64,000 bases of DNA from an uncultured delta proteobacterium (GCA_963789265.1 CAWBKB010000007.1:288001-352000); one strand, 5' to 3'; shown: positions 30,447 to 39,521, counted from the stretch's first letter. The notes: generated from the letters alone by a model not told the origin. Numbers and translations: made by a program.

Positions 30447-31061
30447 TTAGTTGCCATCCGGAACACCCCCGTTGCCCCAGACCCGACAGTTTCCGCCATT
30501 GCCCCAAACCCTACAGATTCCCCCGTTGCCCCAGACTCGACAAGTGGTGTTGCCCCAGCCTGCTCCCCTATTGGCCCAAGCCCCACCGGCATTGCCCCAC
30601 CCACCACCGGTGTTGCCCCAAGCACGACCGGAATTCGTCCACGCTCGCCCGGAGTTGCTCCATGCGTGGTGATGCTCTCTATGTCTTTCGTGCTCGTGAT
30701 GTTCTTTCTTCGTCTCGTGTTTCTTCCCAGGTTTGTGGTCCTTCTTGTGCTCTTTTTTATGTTCGTGTCCCTTCTTTTGTTCCGCTTTGTGCTGCTTCTT
30801 CGGGTGACCGCCTTTATGCTCGCCGCCTTTCTTGGCCAGGAATTGGGGTGCATCCGCTCCGGTCCCAAGTTCTTGACCTGTCGTTCCGGACCGACTGCCG
30901 AGATCTTCGGGGTTTCGAAGGGCTCCCAAAACCTCGAGCGGTCCCACCGAGACTGCACCGATTACCACGCAGGACCATTTCCCCAAGGCCCTCAGAAACT
31001 CCCGCCTGTGCAGGCTGGACTCATAATCTTCGTCCCTCGGCCGGTCCAATTGATCGCTCAT
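30447..31061 (-). CDS. Putative RiPP precursor with Tat-like leader, His/Lys-rich spacer and nine W-x-N repeats
   Basis: HRREFLRALGKWS plus hydrophobic stretch; KKxH repeats; WSN, WTN, WGN, WGN, WAN, WGN, WGN, WGN, WGN; RBS GGGGGA before ATG 31061. Confidence 0.85.
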   Translation of the reverse strand: MSDQLDRPRDEDYESSLHRREFLRALGKWSCVVIGAVSVGPLEVLGALRNPEDLGSRSGTTGQELGTGADAPQFLAKKGGEHKGGHPKKQHKAEQKKGHEHKKEHKKDHKPGKKHETKKEHHEHERHREHHHAWSNSGRAWTNSGRAWGNTGGGWGNAGGAWANRGAGWGNTTCRVWGNGGICRVWGNGGNCRVWGNGGVPDGN

Positions 31062-31297
31062 GTTATCCCCCAAAAACGAAGTCACGAGTATCACCCGAAA
31101 TAACCGATACTCACTCATCTTTAAAATCGCGGTCCATCACAGTTGAAGTTGGCATGAATCGAATTTGGAATGCAAGAAAAAAGGATATTCACCAACGAAA
31201 ATTCCAAGAATTTTTAACAACGTGAATTTGGTTTCGTCCAAACGAATAACCGGGCTGGTTGAAATAATATACCAAAATTACGGAGGGAGGACCGGAT

Positions 31298-32356
31298 ATG
31301 AAAGGGCTACCAGCCTATTTTCTTATCATAGCAACAGTTCTTGCTGTTTGTGGCGGAGCCACATGGGCGGCCGGCAAACGAGGGGGCGGAGGACATCATG
31401 CCGGTGGCCGAAAAGCTGTTCGTCATGCCATGCGCCATATACAGAAGCCTAAAGCGGTACTCCGGCAACATCCCCACCGCCGCGCCCTTCGCGTTGCACA
31501 GCATCGGAAAGAAATGGCGCATCACCCTCGCGTTAAGCCTCGAATTGCAAGAGAAGTTCACATGCACCCGAAGGGGATTAACCAGGGCGGACCCGTCCGC
31601 GGATTGCACAGTCCTCACAACACCGTGAAGCCTACCAAACCGGCGAGACTGGCTAGCGTGGCTAAGAATGTTCGAACCCAGTTCACCGCACGCCACAGAC
31701 ACGTATTCACTCCACGTTGGTGGCAAAATCGCTCTATCACCAACGTAACCAATGTCAGGTGGTTTTCTCATTGGTGGGCACATCCCGGTCCTTATTACTG
31801 GTGGAGACGATGCAGTTGGGTCGCGCTAACGGGATGGTTGCCGGGCGTGGTCTGGTCGGCACCGACCATCTACGATTACGGAAGCAACATCTATTATCAA
31901 GATGATGGTGTGTATATTAACAGCATATGGCAGTATTCAGCGGATCAGTACTATCAGCAGGCCCGGACCATCGCTTTGAATGTACCGCAAGGCGTCTCGG
32001 AGAAATCGGAATGGATGCCACTGGGAGTCTTCGCCGTGCAGCGTCCGAATGCGGACTCTCCCCACGCGATGCTGCAACTCGCGATAAGTAAAGAAGGTGC
32101 AATTGCCGGAACCTTTTACAATTTGGCCACCGAAAAGATCCGACCGGTTCATGGGTCGGTGGACAAGCAGACCCAACGAGTTGCGTGGACTATGGGCAAT
32201 GGTAATGGTGGAAGGATGATTATGGAGACAGGGGTGAACAATCTTACACAGAACCAAACGCAGGTGCTGGTGCATCTTGGACCGAACAATACTAAGAAAT
32301 GGTTTCTGGTGCGGATGGAAGCACCCAACTCCAGTTCTGTCGCAAGCAAACGATGA
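31298..32356 (+). CDS. Secreted protein with basic His/Arg-rich N-terminus, Trp-rich middle and conserved C-terminal beta domain
   Basis: Signal peptide; YDYGSNIYY; EWMPLGVFA..LQLAISKEGAIAGTFYN..GSVDKQTQRVAW..METGVNNLT; RBS GGAGG. Confidence 0.8.
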   Translation: MKGLPAYFLIIATVLAVCGGATWAAGKRGGGGHHAGGRKAVRHAMRHIQKPKAVLRQHPHRRALRVAQHRKEMAHHPRVKPRIAREVHMHPKGINQGGPVRGLHSPHNTVKPTKPARLASVAKNVRTQFTARHRHVFTPRWWQNRSITNVTNVRWFSHWWAHPGPYYWWRRCSWVALTGWLPGVVWSAPTIYDYGSNIYYQDDGVYINSIWQYSADQYYQQARTIALNVPQGVSEKSEWMPLGVFAVQRPNADSPHAMLQLAISKEGAIAGTFYNLATEKIRPVHGSVDKQTQRVAWTMGNGNGGRMIMETGVNNLTQNQTQVLVHLGPNNTKKWFLVRMEAPNSSSVASKR

Positions 32357-32843
32357 ACATTTTAGATGCGGGCATAGTGCGGTGGACACCGGACAGCGTG
32401 GAGAGCAGGAAAGCTGAACTCTTAACTAACTATAAGTTTGCCCTTATGTAGGACTCAGGTCCGCGCGTGAAGCGATGTGTGCCGAACTTAGATATTGTAT
32501 CGTGTTTGCTGAGATGCCGCGAAATTCCTGAGCCGAAATGACTGGGGCAAGCTGCAGCGTACAGATAATCTGTAGGTCGCGCCGCGAAACAAGGGGACGA
32601 AATTGACCACATAAGAGGTCTCGGCCGGAAATTTCCCCTTGACACATTTCGGGTGATCACAAAATGCCTGTACTGGCTCCGTATAGGAAGGCGGTCCATA
32701 GCGGGTAGCAAGCCAAATGCGATTTGCGGTTTCAATATCCTCAGCCTTACAAGACCATTCATTCGCTCGGAAATCGTCGACAGGTTCGTCTGAGAGCGCC
32801 GGGCTTATACCCGGGAGCATGAGGAAGAAGTCGGTTGACATCT

Positions 32844-32907
32844 CCCGACAACCCCGCCGGAATGAACCGGAGTCATATCTCTCCCGACTCCCTCTCGGGA
32901 GGTTTAG
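32844..32907. repeat. Structured 64-bp repeat copy A
   Basis: Shares CCCGACAACCCCGCCG..CGGA..CGACTCCC..CGGGAGGTT with 34403-34467. Confidence 0.7.
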
Positions 32908-33131
32908 ACTTCACGGAATTTCAGTTGACGGCGGGGCTCACAGTGAAGTACGGTCGAGATGACCAAAACGATGCTTATTCAGCAACGTGCCTGCGGTCTA
33001 GTATCTGTCCAGTCTTGTGGACGACCACGGTCGGACTTTTCAAGTCTGAGGAACCAAGCCGCGACTGTTCACAAGCTCTACAAAAACTGGCAAATGCCGA
33101 GACTCGGCACAATTCCCACTAGGAGGTCCTG

Positions 33132-34259
33132 ATGAAAAGGGTTTTGGTAATGCTTATGATCTCGTGCTTCGCTGTCGCTCTAGTTGCGCTCTTGCTACCA
33201 CAAGAGGGGCTTGCATGCACGAGTTTCCAGGTCAAGGCAAATGACGGGACGGTAGTCATCGGACGTTCCAACGAATTCGGCATAGATGCCCATTCGCAGA
33301 TAGTGTTCGAGCCCGCGGGTAAGGAGTTCATGAGCAAAACCCCTGATGGCAAGGCCGGTAATAGCTGGACGACCCGATACGCATTCCTGGGTATAAACGG
33401 CCTCGGGCTTGTAGAGAGTTTCGGGGACGGCATGAACGAGGCTGGCCTCTCAGTGGAGGGACTTTTCTTTGAGGAAAGTAGGTATGAAGCGGTGGACCAG
33501 AAGGACACCCCCAAAGCGGTCAGTAGCAATGACTTCATATCATGGATTTTGGGCAATTTCGCGACAATCGATGATCTGAAACGAGAATTGCCCAATGTCC
33601 GTGTTTGGGGAGAGATGGTTGAGCAACTCGGCGGGCCGCTGCCGCTACATTTTGTAGTTCATGATGCCTCGGGAAAGTGCCTGGTCATCGAGTTTATAAG
33701 CGGAGAAAAGAAGGTCTATGATAATCCCATAGGAGTTATGACCAACATGCCCGAATTACCGTGGCAGATCACTAATCTCCGAAACTACCTAAACTTGAAC
33801 ACTTTCATTCCAAAGGCAAAGGACTTCAACGGAGTCTCGATCAAGCCCACGGGTACGGGCAGCGGTTGGCTCGGCGTGCCCGGAGATTGGAGCCCTCCTT
33901 CGCGCTTCGTTCGAATCGCCTACCTCGTGAACGCCTGTTCTCCGCCTAAGGATGGTAAAGGGGCGCTCAATTTAGCCAAGCATATACTCAATACGGTTGA
34001 TATTGCCCTGAACAGTGTTGAAGCCAGCATCAAGGCTAAGGGCAGTACCGACTCCGCAGCAAAAGAGTATACCCAGTGGTCGGTCCTGCTCGATCTGACC
34101 AATAGAGTCATGTATTACTACTCTTATAACGACATGAACGTGAAATCACTCGATCTTAGAAAGATGGCTGCCAGCAAGAGTCAGAAGGTCAAGGTCCTAC
34201 CAATTTCTGGAGAGTTCTCTGCCACGGACATGACCGATAAGCTCACGGATCTGAAGTAA
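33132..34259 (+). CDS. Secreted choloylglycine hydrolase/penicillin V acylase family Ntn-hydrolase (C59)
   Basis: Signal peptide followed by catalytic CTSF; GRSNEF, DGMNEAGL, VMTNMP and PGDWSPPSRFVR. Confidence 0.93.
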   Translation: MKRVLVMLMISCFAVALVALLLPQEGLACTSFQVKANDGTVVIGRSNEFGIDAHSQIVFEPAGKEFMSKTPDGKAGNSWTTRYAFLGINGLGLVESFGDGMNEAGLSVEGLFFEESRYEAVDQKDTPKAVSSNDFISWILGNFATIDDLKRELPNVRVWGEMVEQLGGPLPLHFVVHDASGKCLVIEFISGEKKVYDNPIGVMTNMPELPWQITNLRNYLNLNTFIPKAKDFNGVSIKPTGTGSGWLGVPGDWSPPSRFVRIAYLVNACSPPKDGKGALNLAKHILNTVDIALNSVEASIKAKGSTDSAAKEYTQWSVLLDLTNRVMYYYSYNDMNVKSLDLRKMAASKSQKVKVLPISGEFSATDMTDKLTDLK

Positions 34260-34402
34260 TGCCTATGTGAGAGCCCGTTGTAAAACCTTACAAGGGGCCT
34301 GACTGCCGCGCGGAATTCGGACGTGCGCCAGTGGGATTCTGCATATTGCAGACCAAAGAAGACAACTGATGGCTGGTTAACGGATCGAGGGATTTGGTAT
34401 CC

Positions 34403-34467
34403 CCCGACAACCCCGCCGATTTTCATCGGACGCGCTACCTCTAGCGACTCCCATTCGGGAGGTTCAG
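34403..34467. repeat. Structured 65-bp repeat copy B
   Basis: Homologous to 32844-32907, with both hairpins conserved. Confidence 0.7.
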
Positions 34468-34696
34468 GCTCTGGACCATTGGAGGAAGGGTAGCACTCAA
34501 TTTCACATGCCGTTTTACTGGAGTCTAAACGTTTACTAAGACCGATCCCGAGAGAGTGAATAACCAGCTTCCGAGACGATATGGCCAAACGAAAGACCTC
34601 ATTTCGTGTCCATATCAACCTTGAGCCCTTCAACCATTCTCCTAACTTGCTTGGGGATATTTCCGTTTTTTTTTTGCACTGACCAGTAACGTGAAA

Positions 34697-35029
34697 TCAA
34701 GGTAAGAAAGAAGCTCTTGTCTGCGCCGTAAGCATTTCAACTATCCTCCTTTTGGCCCCCATAACCTTCACATAAAGCTCCAAAGCCCGTTCCAGATGAT
34801 AAGTGTTTGAGCCCTTGAATTTATGAATTTCGTTTAGCCGACCGACCGGAAGACTGCCCGCAAAGACTCTTGTTTTAATCGTGGCATATCCCTTCAAGCG
34901 CCCGCCAGTCCATTCCTTGTGATGCACTTCAATTGAGTCCAGCACTTTTCTGACGCCCTGCAAAATCTGCTTTTCAGATAGATCCGAGGTATGACCGCCT
35001 TTGTAAGCATACGCTTTCAGGGTAGTTCC
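34697..35029 (-). pseudogene. Hypothetical gene truncated at its 5' end by the MITE
   Basis: The reading frame stays open upstream of the called TTG to the MITE junction (GTTLKAYAYKGGHTSDLSEKQILQGVRK...). Confidence 0.45.
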
Positions 35030-35195
35030 GGGGACACCATACTTAATTCATTGCCTGCCTCCGGTGGATCGGTGCATGCGCCGATGCCATGAGCGGTTCG
35101 CGGGCGAGCGTTGAGGGAGAGCGTCCGGTGAGGCACACTGGAAATGGAAGCCAAACCCTAAGCCGCAAAGCGAAAGAATTAAGTATGGTGTCCCC
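35030..35195. mobile_element. MITE/REPIN-like element copy 2 (166 bp)
   Basis: Same 19-bp TIR; about 26 bp shorter internally than copy 1; same orientation. Confidence 0.85.
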
Positions 35196-35228
35196 TGAAT
35201 TAACCTAAGAGCCGACTTGAAGGCGATC

Positions 35229-35248
35229 ATGCAACCAAAAGGTTGCAT
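35229..35248. promoter_or_regulatory. ArsR-type operator
   Basis: Perfect 8-4-8 palindrome ATGCAACC-AAAA-GGTTGCAT upstream of the SRPBCC-ArsR pair. Confidence 0.75.
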
Positions 35249-35288
35249 TTTGCGCCCTGGAGATTATACTACGATCAGGAGGTGCATC

Positions 35289-35751
35289 ATGAACACTTCA
35301 ACAGATCGCATTGAAAGAAAAATCCTGCTCAAGGCGTCGCGTTTCGCGAGTCTGGCGCGCTATATCGAATGCCGAGGAATTCGGCGACTGGTTCGGTGTG
35401 GCGCTAAAGGGAAAAACCTTCGCAGCCGGTCAACGTGTGCAGGGACAGGTTACTCATCCCTGTTACGAAGACGCGGTTTTTGACGTGCTGATCGAACAGT
35501 TGGAGCCGGAACGCTTGCTTTCGTGGCGCTGGCATCCCTACCCCGCTGATCCCTCAGTTGACTATTCGAAAGAACCGACCACGTTGGTCGTATTCGAGTT
35601 GGAGGAAGTCGAGGGAGGCACCTTGCTGACCGTCGTTGAATCCGGCTTTGACAATATCCCGCCGTCCCGTCGCTTGGAAGCATTCCGCATGAACAGCGGC
35701 GGTTGGGACGAACAGATGAAGAACATTGAAAACCATGTCGCTACGCCGTAG
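35289..35751 (+). CDS. SRPBCC/AHSA1-like protein, with a +1 frameshift near 35343
   Basis: MNTSTDRIERKILLKA joins RVWRAISNAEEFGDWFG..TVVESGFD..GGWDEQMKNI. Confidence 0.88.
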
Positions 35752-36100
35752 CAGACCGTCGAACAAGGCGCAGCCGAAGGACACGTCGCTGCTGAATTCT
35801 GCGCCGCTCTTCGCGGCGCTCGGGGACGAGACGCGCCTGCGCCTGATCGGGGTCCTTTTAGCAGGTGGGGCGTTGTCGATTACACAGCTCACAGCCGGAA
35901 CGGAAATCACTCGCCAGGCTGTCACGAAACATCTACTCGTGCTCGCGGATGCAGGCTTGGTGCGCGACATCAAAGTCGGCCGCGAACGTCTGTGGGAGTT
36001 CGAACCAACGCAACTGGAAGAAGCGAGGCGCTCGCTCGACGTGATCGCGGCACAGTGGGATCACGCACTCGAAAAACTAAAGATGGCTGTGGAACGTTGA
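35735..36100 (+). CDS. ArsR/SmtB family regulator
   Basis: FAALGDETRLRL..ITRQAVTKHLLVLADAGLV..GRER. Confidence 0.92.
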   Translation: MSLRRSRPSNKAQPKDTSLLNSAPLFAALGDETRLRLIGVLLAGGALSITQLTAGTEITRQAVTKHLLVLADAGLVRDIKVGRERLWEFEPTQLEEARRSLDVIAAQWDHALEKLKMAVER

Positions 36101-36164
36101 ATCCCTACCTGAACGAATCTGCGAGCGGAGGAGGGAGCAATACCGAGTTCCGAGAACAAATATA

Positions 36165-36254
36165 GGGGACACAACACCATTTCTTGAGAATATTTGCCTG
36201 GTCAATCTCGCCCCCGTATGGACGGTCACAACGAATTAATTAGTATCATGCCCC
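36165..36254. repeat. Degenerate member of the GGGGACAC-ended MITE family
   Basis: GGGGACACAAC... at the left end and ...AATTAGTATCATGCCCC at the right end; another single end at 38886. Confidence 0.4.
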
Positions 36255-36343
36255 TCTTTCATTATATGTGCTCACGGCGGGACTGAGCGAACGCCTTGGG
36301 AAAAAAAGTTGGGGCGGGCAGTATGGCCCATAGGAGTTTTTAG

Positions 36344-37168
36344 ATGAAATTTTCATTTGTCCAACCGAGACTCGAGTTACGCCCGTATATTGAATCCTTA
36401 TGGGTTTTTGAAAGCGCTAATGGAATGCCAGCGGGTGACACGAGCTTGTGCGTGCCGAATGGCTGCCCCAAACTCATTATTCCATACGAGAATTCGTTCA
36501 TAGCAGTTGCCGATAACCGCTTTCAAGTGGGCCAAGAGGGCGCTTTATATTTTTATGGCGTACAGGACAACTCGGCAATCATCCGATCTAGTTGCAGTAA
36601 AACCGGTTTTGTTGGGATAGATTTTTGTCCTTTTGGCGCCTATCCTTTTCTTGGAATACCCATGAATGAGTTTGCTAACCAGGGTCTGGAGTTAGATGAG
36701 ATCTTCGCTCATTGGGGCCGTGAAGTCCGCGAAACTCTTGGTAATCTGGAGAAAGTGGAGCAAAAAGTAGATTTTGTCCAGGACCAATTGCTAGAGCTAT
36801 TACGAAAGAACCAACGTCACAACGCCCTCATTGAGTTTTGCGTCACGACTTTGAAATTGGCCGATGGCCGGATGCCAGTCCACGAATTGGAGCGGAGAAC
36901 CGGCTACACTCGGCGGTACTTGGACCTGCTGTTCAAACAGCACGTCGGTTTTTCTCCAAAGGCTCTCGCCGGCATCTTCCGCTTTCAGAAGTTTTACCGG
37001 CACTGGGCGGGGGGGGTGTCCTTCACCGAACTGAAAAAGGAATTGTATGAGTATTACTATGACCAGGCCCACTTCACGAAAGAGTTTAAAAAAATGACTG
37101 GCTACTCTCCTCGGCAATTTACGGACGAAATTTTGAACGAGTTTGGCCGTCGATTATCCCTCAAGTAG
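36344..37168 (+). CDS. AraC family regulator
   Basis: RYLDLLFKQHVGFSPK..YYDQAHFTKEFKKMTGYSP. Confidence 0.92.
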   Translation: MKFSFVQPRLELRPYIESLWVFESANGMPAGDTSLCVPNGCPKLIIPYENSFIAVADNRFQVGQEGALYFYGVQDNSAIIRSSCSKTGFVGIDFCPFGAYPFLGIPMNEFANQGLELDEIFAHWGREVRETLGNLEKVEQKVDFVQDQLLELLRKNQRHNALIEFCVTTLKLADGRMPVHELERRTGYTRRYLDLLFKQHVGFSPKALAGIFRFQKFYRHWAGGVSFTELKKELYEYYYDQAHFTKEFKKMTGYSPRQFTDEILNEFGRRLSLK

Positions 37169-37385
37169 CATTTCCCATTTTTACAATACAGCACTCACCT
37201 TAGTTGCTAACGTATTGTCAGGGCGTACCTAGTGGATCACGTACAAGATAACTATCCGACACCAGGGAGAAAACCCAATGGCGCCCATCAAAGATACGCA
37301 GGAGAGGCCGGTCGAAAGCTAGATCAATTGCGCCGTGGACAACCACAACCCAGGCCATCAATGGCCGTTTAAGAAGGAGGCCAAA

Positions 37386-38162
37386 ATGAGAAAGATGCAG
37401 ATAATTGTAGTAATTGCAGGTCTCTTGTTCGCGCTCACGGCGAGCGCGGCAGATAAACAGACCTCCAGCGCGATGCATAAAATCAAACCGTTGCCGCGCG
37501 ATTTAGAAATTCAGCTAGCCCTGAGCGCATTGCCGCCGCACCTCAGAGACAACGCAACAGTATACGTTCTAAACCCTGACAAGGGCTTCGAAGTTGCCCG
37601 CAAGGGTACTAATGGATTCCACACCTTTGTTGCCCGAACCGGCGATGATACGTTCAGGGGCTCCTGGCCCTTTACGAAATATAGAGATGATATTCTCTAC
37701 CCGGTTTCCTTTGACAAAGCGGGCACCAAGGCACAGATGCGAGTCTTTTTCGACGCAGCAAAGATGCAGGCCAAGGGTACACCTCCCGGCGAACTAAAGA
37801 AAATCATCAAAGACCGTTACAAAACAGGATACTATAAGGCGCCGGAACGAGCCGGCATCTCATACATGCTGTCTCCAATACTGAGGACGTACTTCAACCC
37901 GGAAGAAAGCGACCGTGTCGTCACCATGAACTATCCACACGTCATGTACTACGCCCCAAATGTATCCAATAAAGACATAGGAGGCGGGAAACTCGGCGGC
38001 ATGTATCCTTTTGTTATAATGCCGGGCCCTCATGGATACATGATCCAGCCTATCGACCTGACGGTAAGAGCCGCTATTAATAAAGAATACAAAGGGATGC
38101 TCGAAAGATTGTGCAAAATCAAAGAAGTGTGGTGTTTGCCAAAAGAGAAAGGTCAATATTGA
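37386..38162 (+). CDS. Secreted hypothetical protein
   Basis: RBS AAGGAGG; signal peptide ending ASA; LALSALPPHLRDNATVY, GISYMLS and PHVMYYAP. Confidence 0.8.
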   Translation: MRKMQIIVVIAGLLFALTASAADKQTSSAMHKIKPLPRDLEIQLALSALPPHLRDNATVYVLNPDKGFEVARKGTNGFHTFVARTGDDTFRGSWPFTKYRDDILYPVSFDKAGTKAQMRVFFDAAKMQAKGTPPGELKKIIKDRYKTGYYKAPERAGISYMLSPILRTYFNPEESDRVVTMNYPHVMYYAPNVSNKDIGGGKLGGMYPFVIMPGPHGYMIQPIDLTVRAAINKEYKGMLERLCKIKEVWCLPKEKGQY

Positions 38163-38173
38163 CGCGATCCGAG

Positions 38174-38208
38174 CTGCTGTCGTTGCTGTCCACCAGCAAC
38201 GACAGCAG
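38174..38208. other. Perfect 15-bp hairpin without U-tract
   Basis: CTGCTGTCGTTGCTG-TCCAC-CAGCAACGACAGCAG directly after the stop codon. Confidence 0.7.
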
Positions 38209-38356
38209 GAATGACGATCCGGGAGTGGCAGGAAGAAACGGCCTCGGCTTCGACGGCTGACGACGCTGACCGAAGCGACTAATGTGGCTCAAAAAACGCT
38301 ATGCCTTACCAGCGCATGCCGTTGTGGAGTCCACCATTAAATAAAGGAGTAAGACT

Positions 38357-38734
38357 ATGTTCAAAGATACTAAGGCATTTAGTAGCTTTTCGGTAAACGA
38401 CCAGCGAAAGGCGAAAGAATTCTACGGTCAGACACTCGGATTGGAGATTTCCGAAATACCTGAGGGGTTGGAACTGCACATTGCGAGCGGCGCCAGGATA
38501 TTTATATATCCCAAGCCTAACCACATTCCAGCAACGTTCACGATTCTTAATTTTCCGGTAGGTAATGTTGAAGAAGCCGTAAATGAGCTAACCAAGCTCG
38601 GCGTGCGTTTTGAGAATTATGATGAAGGCGACATCAAGACGGATGAAAGAGGTATTTTCAGCGATGGGATTCATAAGATGGCGTGGTTCAAAGATCCTGC
38701 CGGCAACATTCTGTCCGTACTTGAGGAAAGATGA
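38357..38734 (+). CDS. VOC/glyoxalase family protein
   Basis: [29 protein letters not shown]. Confidence 0.92.
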   Translation: MFKDTKAFSSFSVNDQRKAKEFYGQTLGLEISEIPEGLELHIASGARIFIYPKPNHIPATFTILNFPVGNVEEAVNELTKLGVRFENYDEGDIKTDERGIFSDGIHKMAWFKDPAGNILSVLEER

Positions 38735-38995
38735 CCATGATTATCGAACGTGTGTAACTCCGCGATAGTATGCTAAAGGCTGTTGTCAAAAATTATGTCC
38801 GATTTGATCGCCGCGACCCAGCCCGCATGGGATGAGATGATCCTGCGAATCGCGGGGAATCCGCATCGCTCGCAATGGAAATTCCGGGGACACGGTACCT
38901 GAATTTGCCGAACACAGGGGGTGAGACAATAGTTCTTTGGAAAAGAAAATCCCGCTCCGTGTCGTATGCAATAGGGAGGGATAATTTATCTTTTT

Positions 38996-39091
38996 TGGCT
39001 ACCCGAGTAGTCCCGCGTTCCGCGGGATCGAATCCCGCCTGATGCGGGATTTCGGCTGAAGCCTCAACCGTTACAACCTAGTGGTCAACAG
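38996..39091 (-). pseudogene. Degenerate tRNA-Asn 3' fragment interrupted by REP hairpins
   Basis: TGGCTACCCGAGTAG...TACAACCTAGTGGTCAACAG matches 43269-43313 with three hairpin insertions. Confidence 0.7.
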
Positions 39092-39521
39092 GCATAGGAA
39101 GGAGACATAAAATAACCTAATAGCGCGATGTTGACTTGCCATAACCGTTCCGACCAAGCACGGCATATCAGCATGCTGCATCACCGAAGGTAACAAATTG
39201 GTGACAGATTATAACGTGCCCCTCTCCCCGTACTCAGTTAGGAAAAACCTGAACATGTTCTGAACAAGCAGCGGCGTGGAGAGGCGTGGTCATCCTCGCC
39301 CCGCTAATACGCTTTGCCTGTCCATCCCACAGGGCCGGCTGCGCCTGGAATTAGGGGTTCAATGCGATCTGTTATTTTCGACACATACTGAATCCCCGAT
39401 AAAGAGTTACCCTCGCCACGCTGTAATGATAAAATTAGACTTTCTGTAACAGCTTCTCCTCTGGACATATAGGCCCGTGACGGTATAGCTTGAGCGCAAG
39501 GCGCAAGAGGTCACTTAAGAG

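Noticed and set aside
30460..30670. Periodic DNA repeats as a possible CRISPR array
   Set aside because: The 21- and 27-nt periods are codon-phased, there are no unique spacers, and no cas genes are present
30404..31225. Long alternative ORFs overlapping the precursor (30404-30958 -, 30432-31103 +, 30440-31225 +)
   Set aside because: These are shadow frames of the repetitive precursor. Only the WxN frame has an RBS, a Tat motif and operon context.
32488..32841. 117-aa minus-strand ORF starting next to structured repeat A
   Set aside because: No recognisable domain, and overlapping ORFs of similar length exist in other frames
36344..38734. Integron cassette array
   Set aside because: No convincing attC sites (paired RYYYAAC/GTTRRRY) and no integrase
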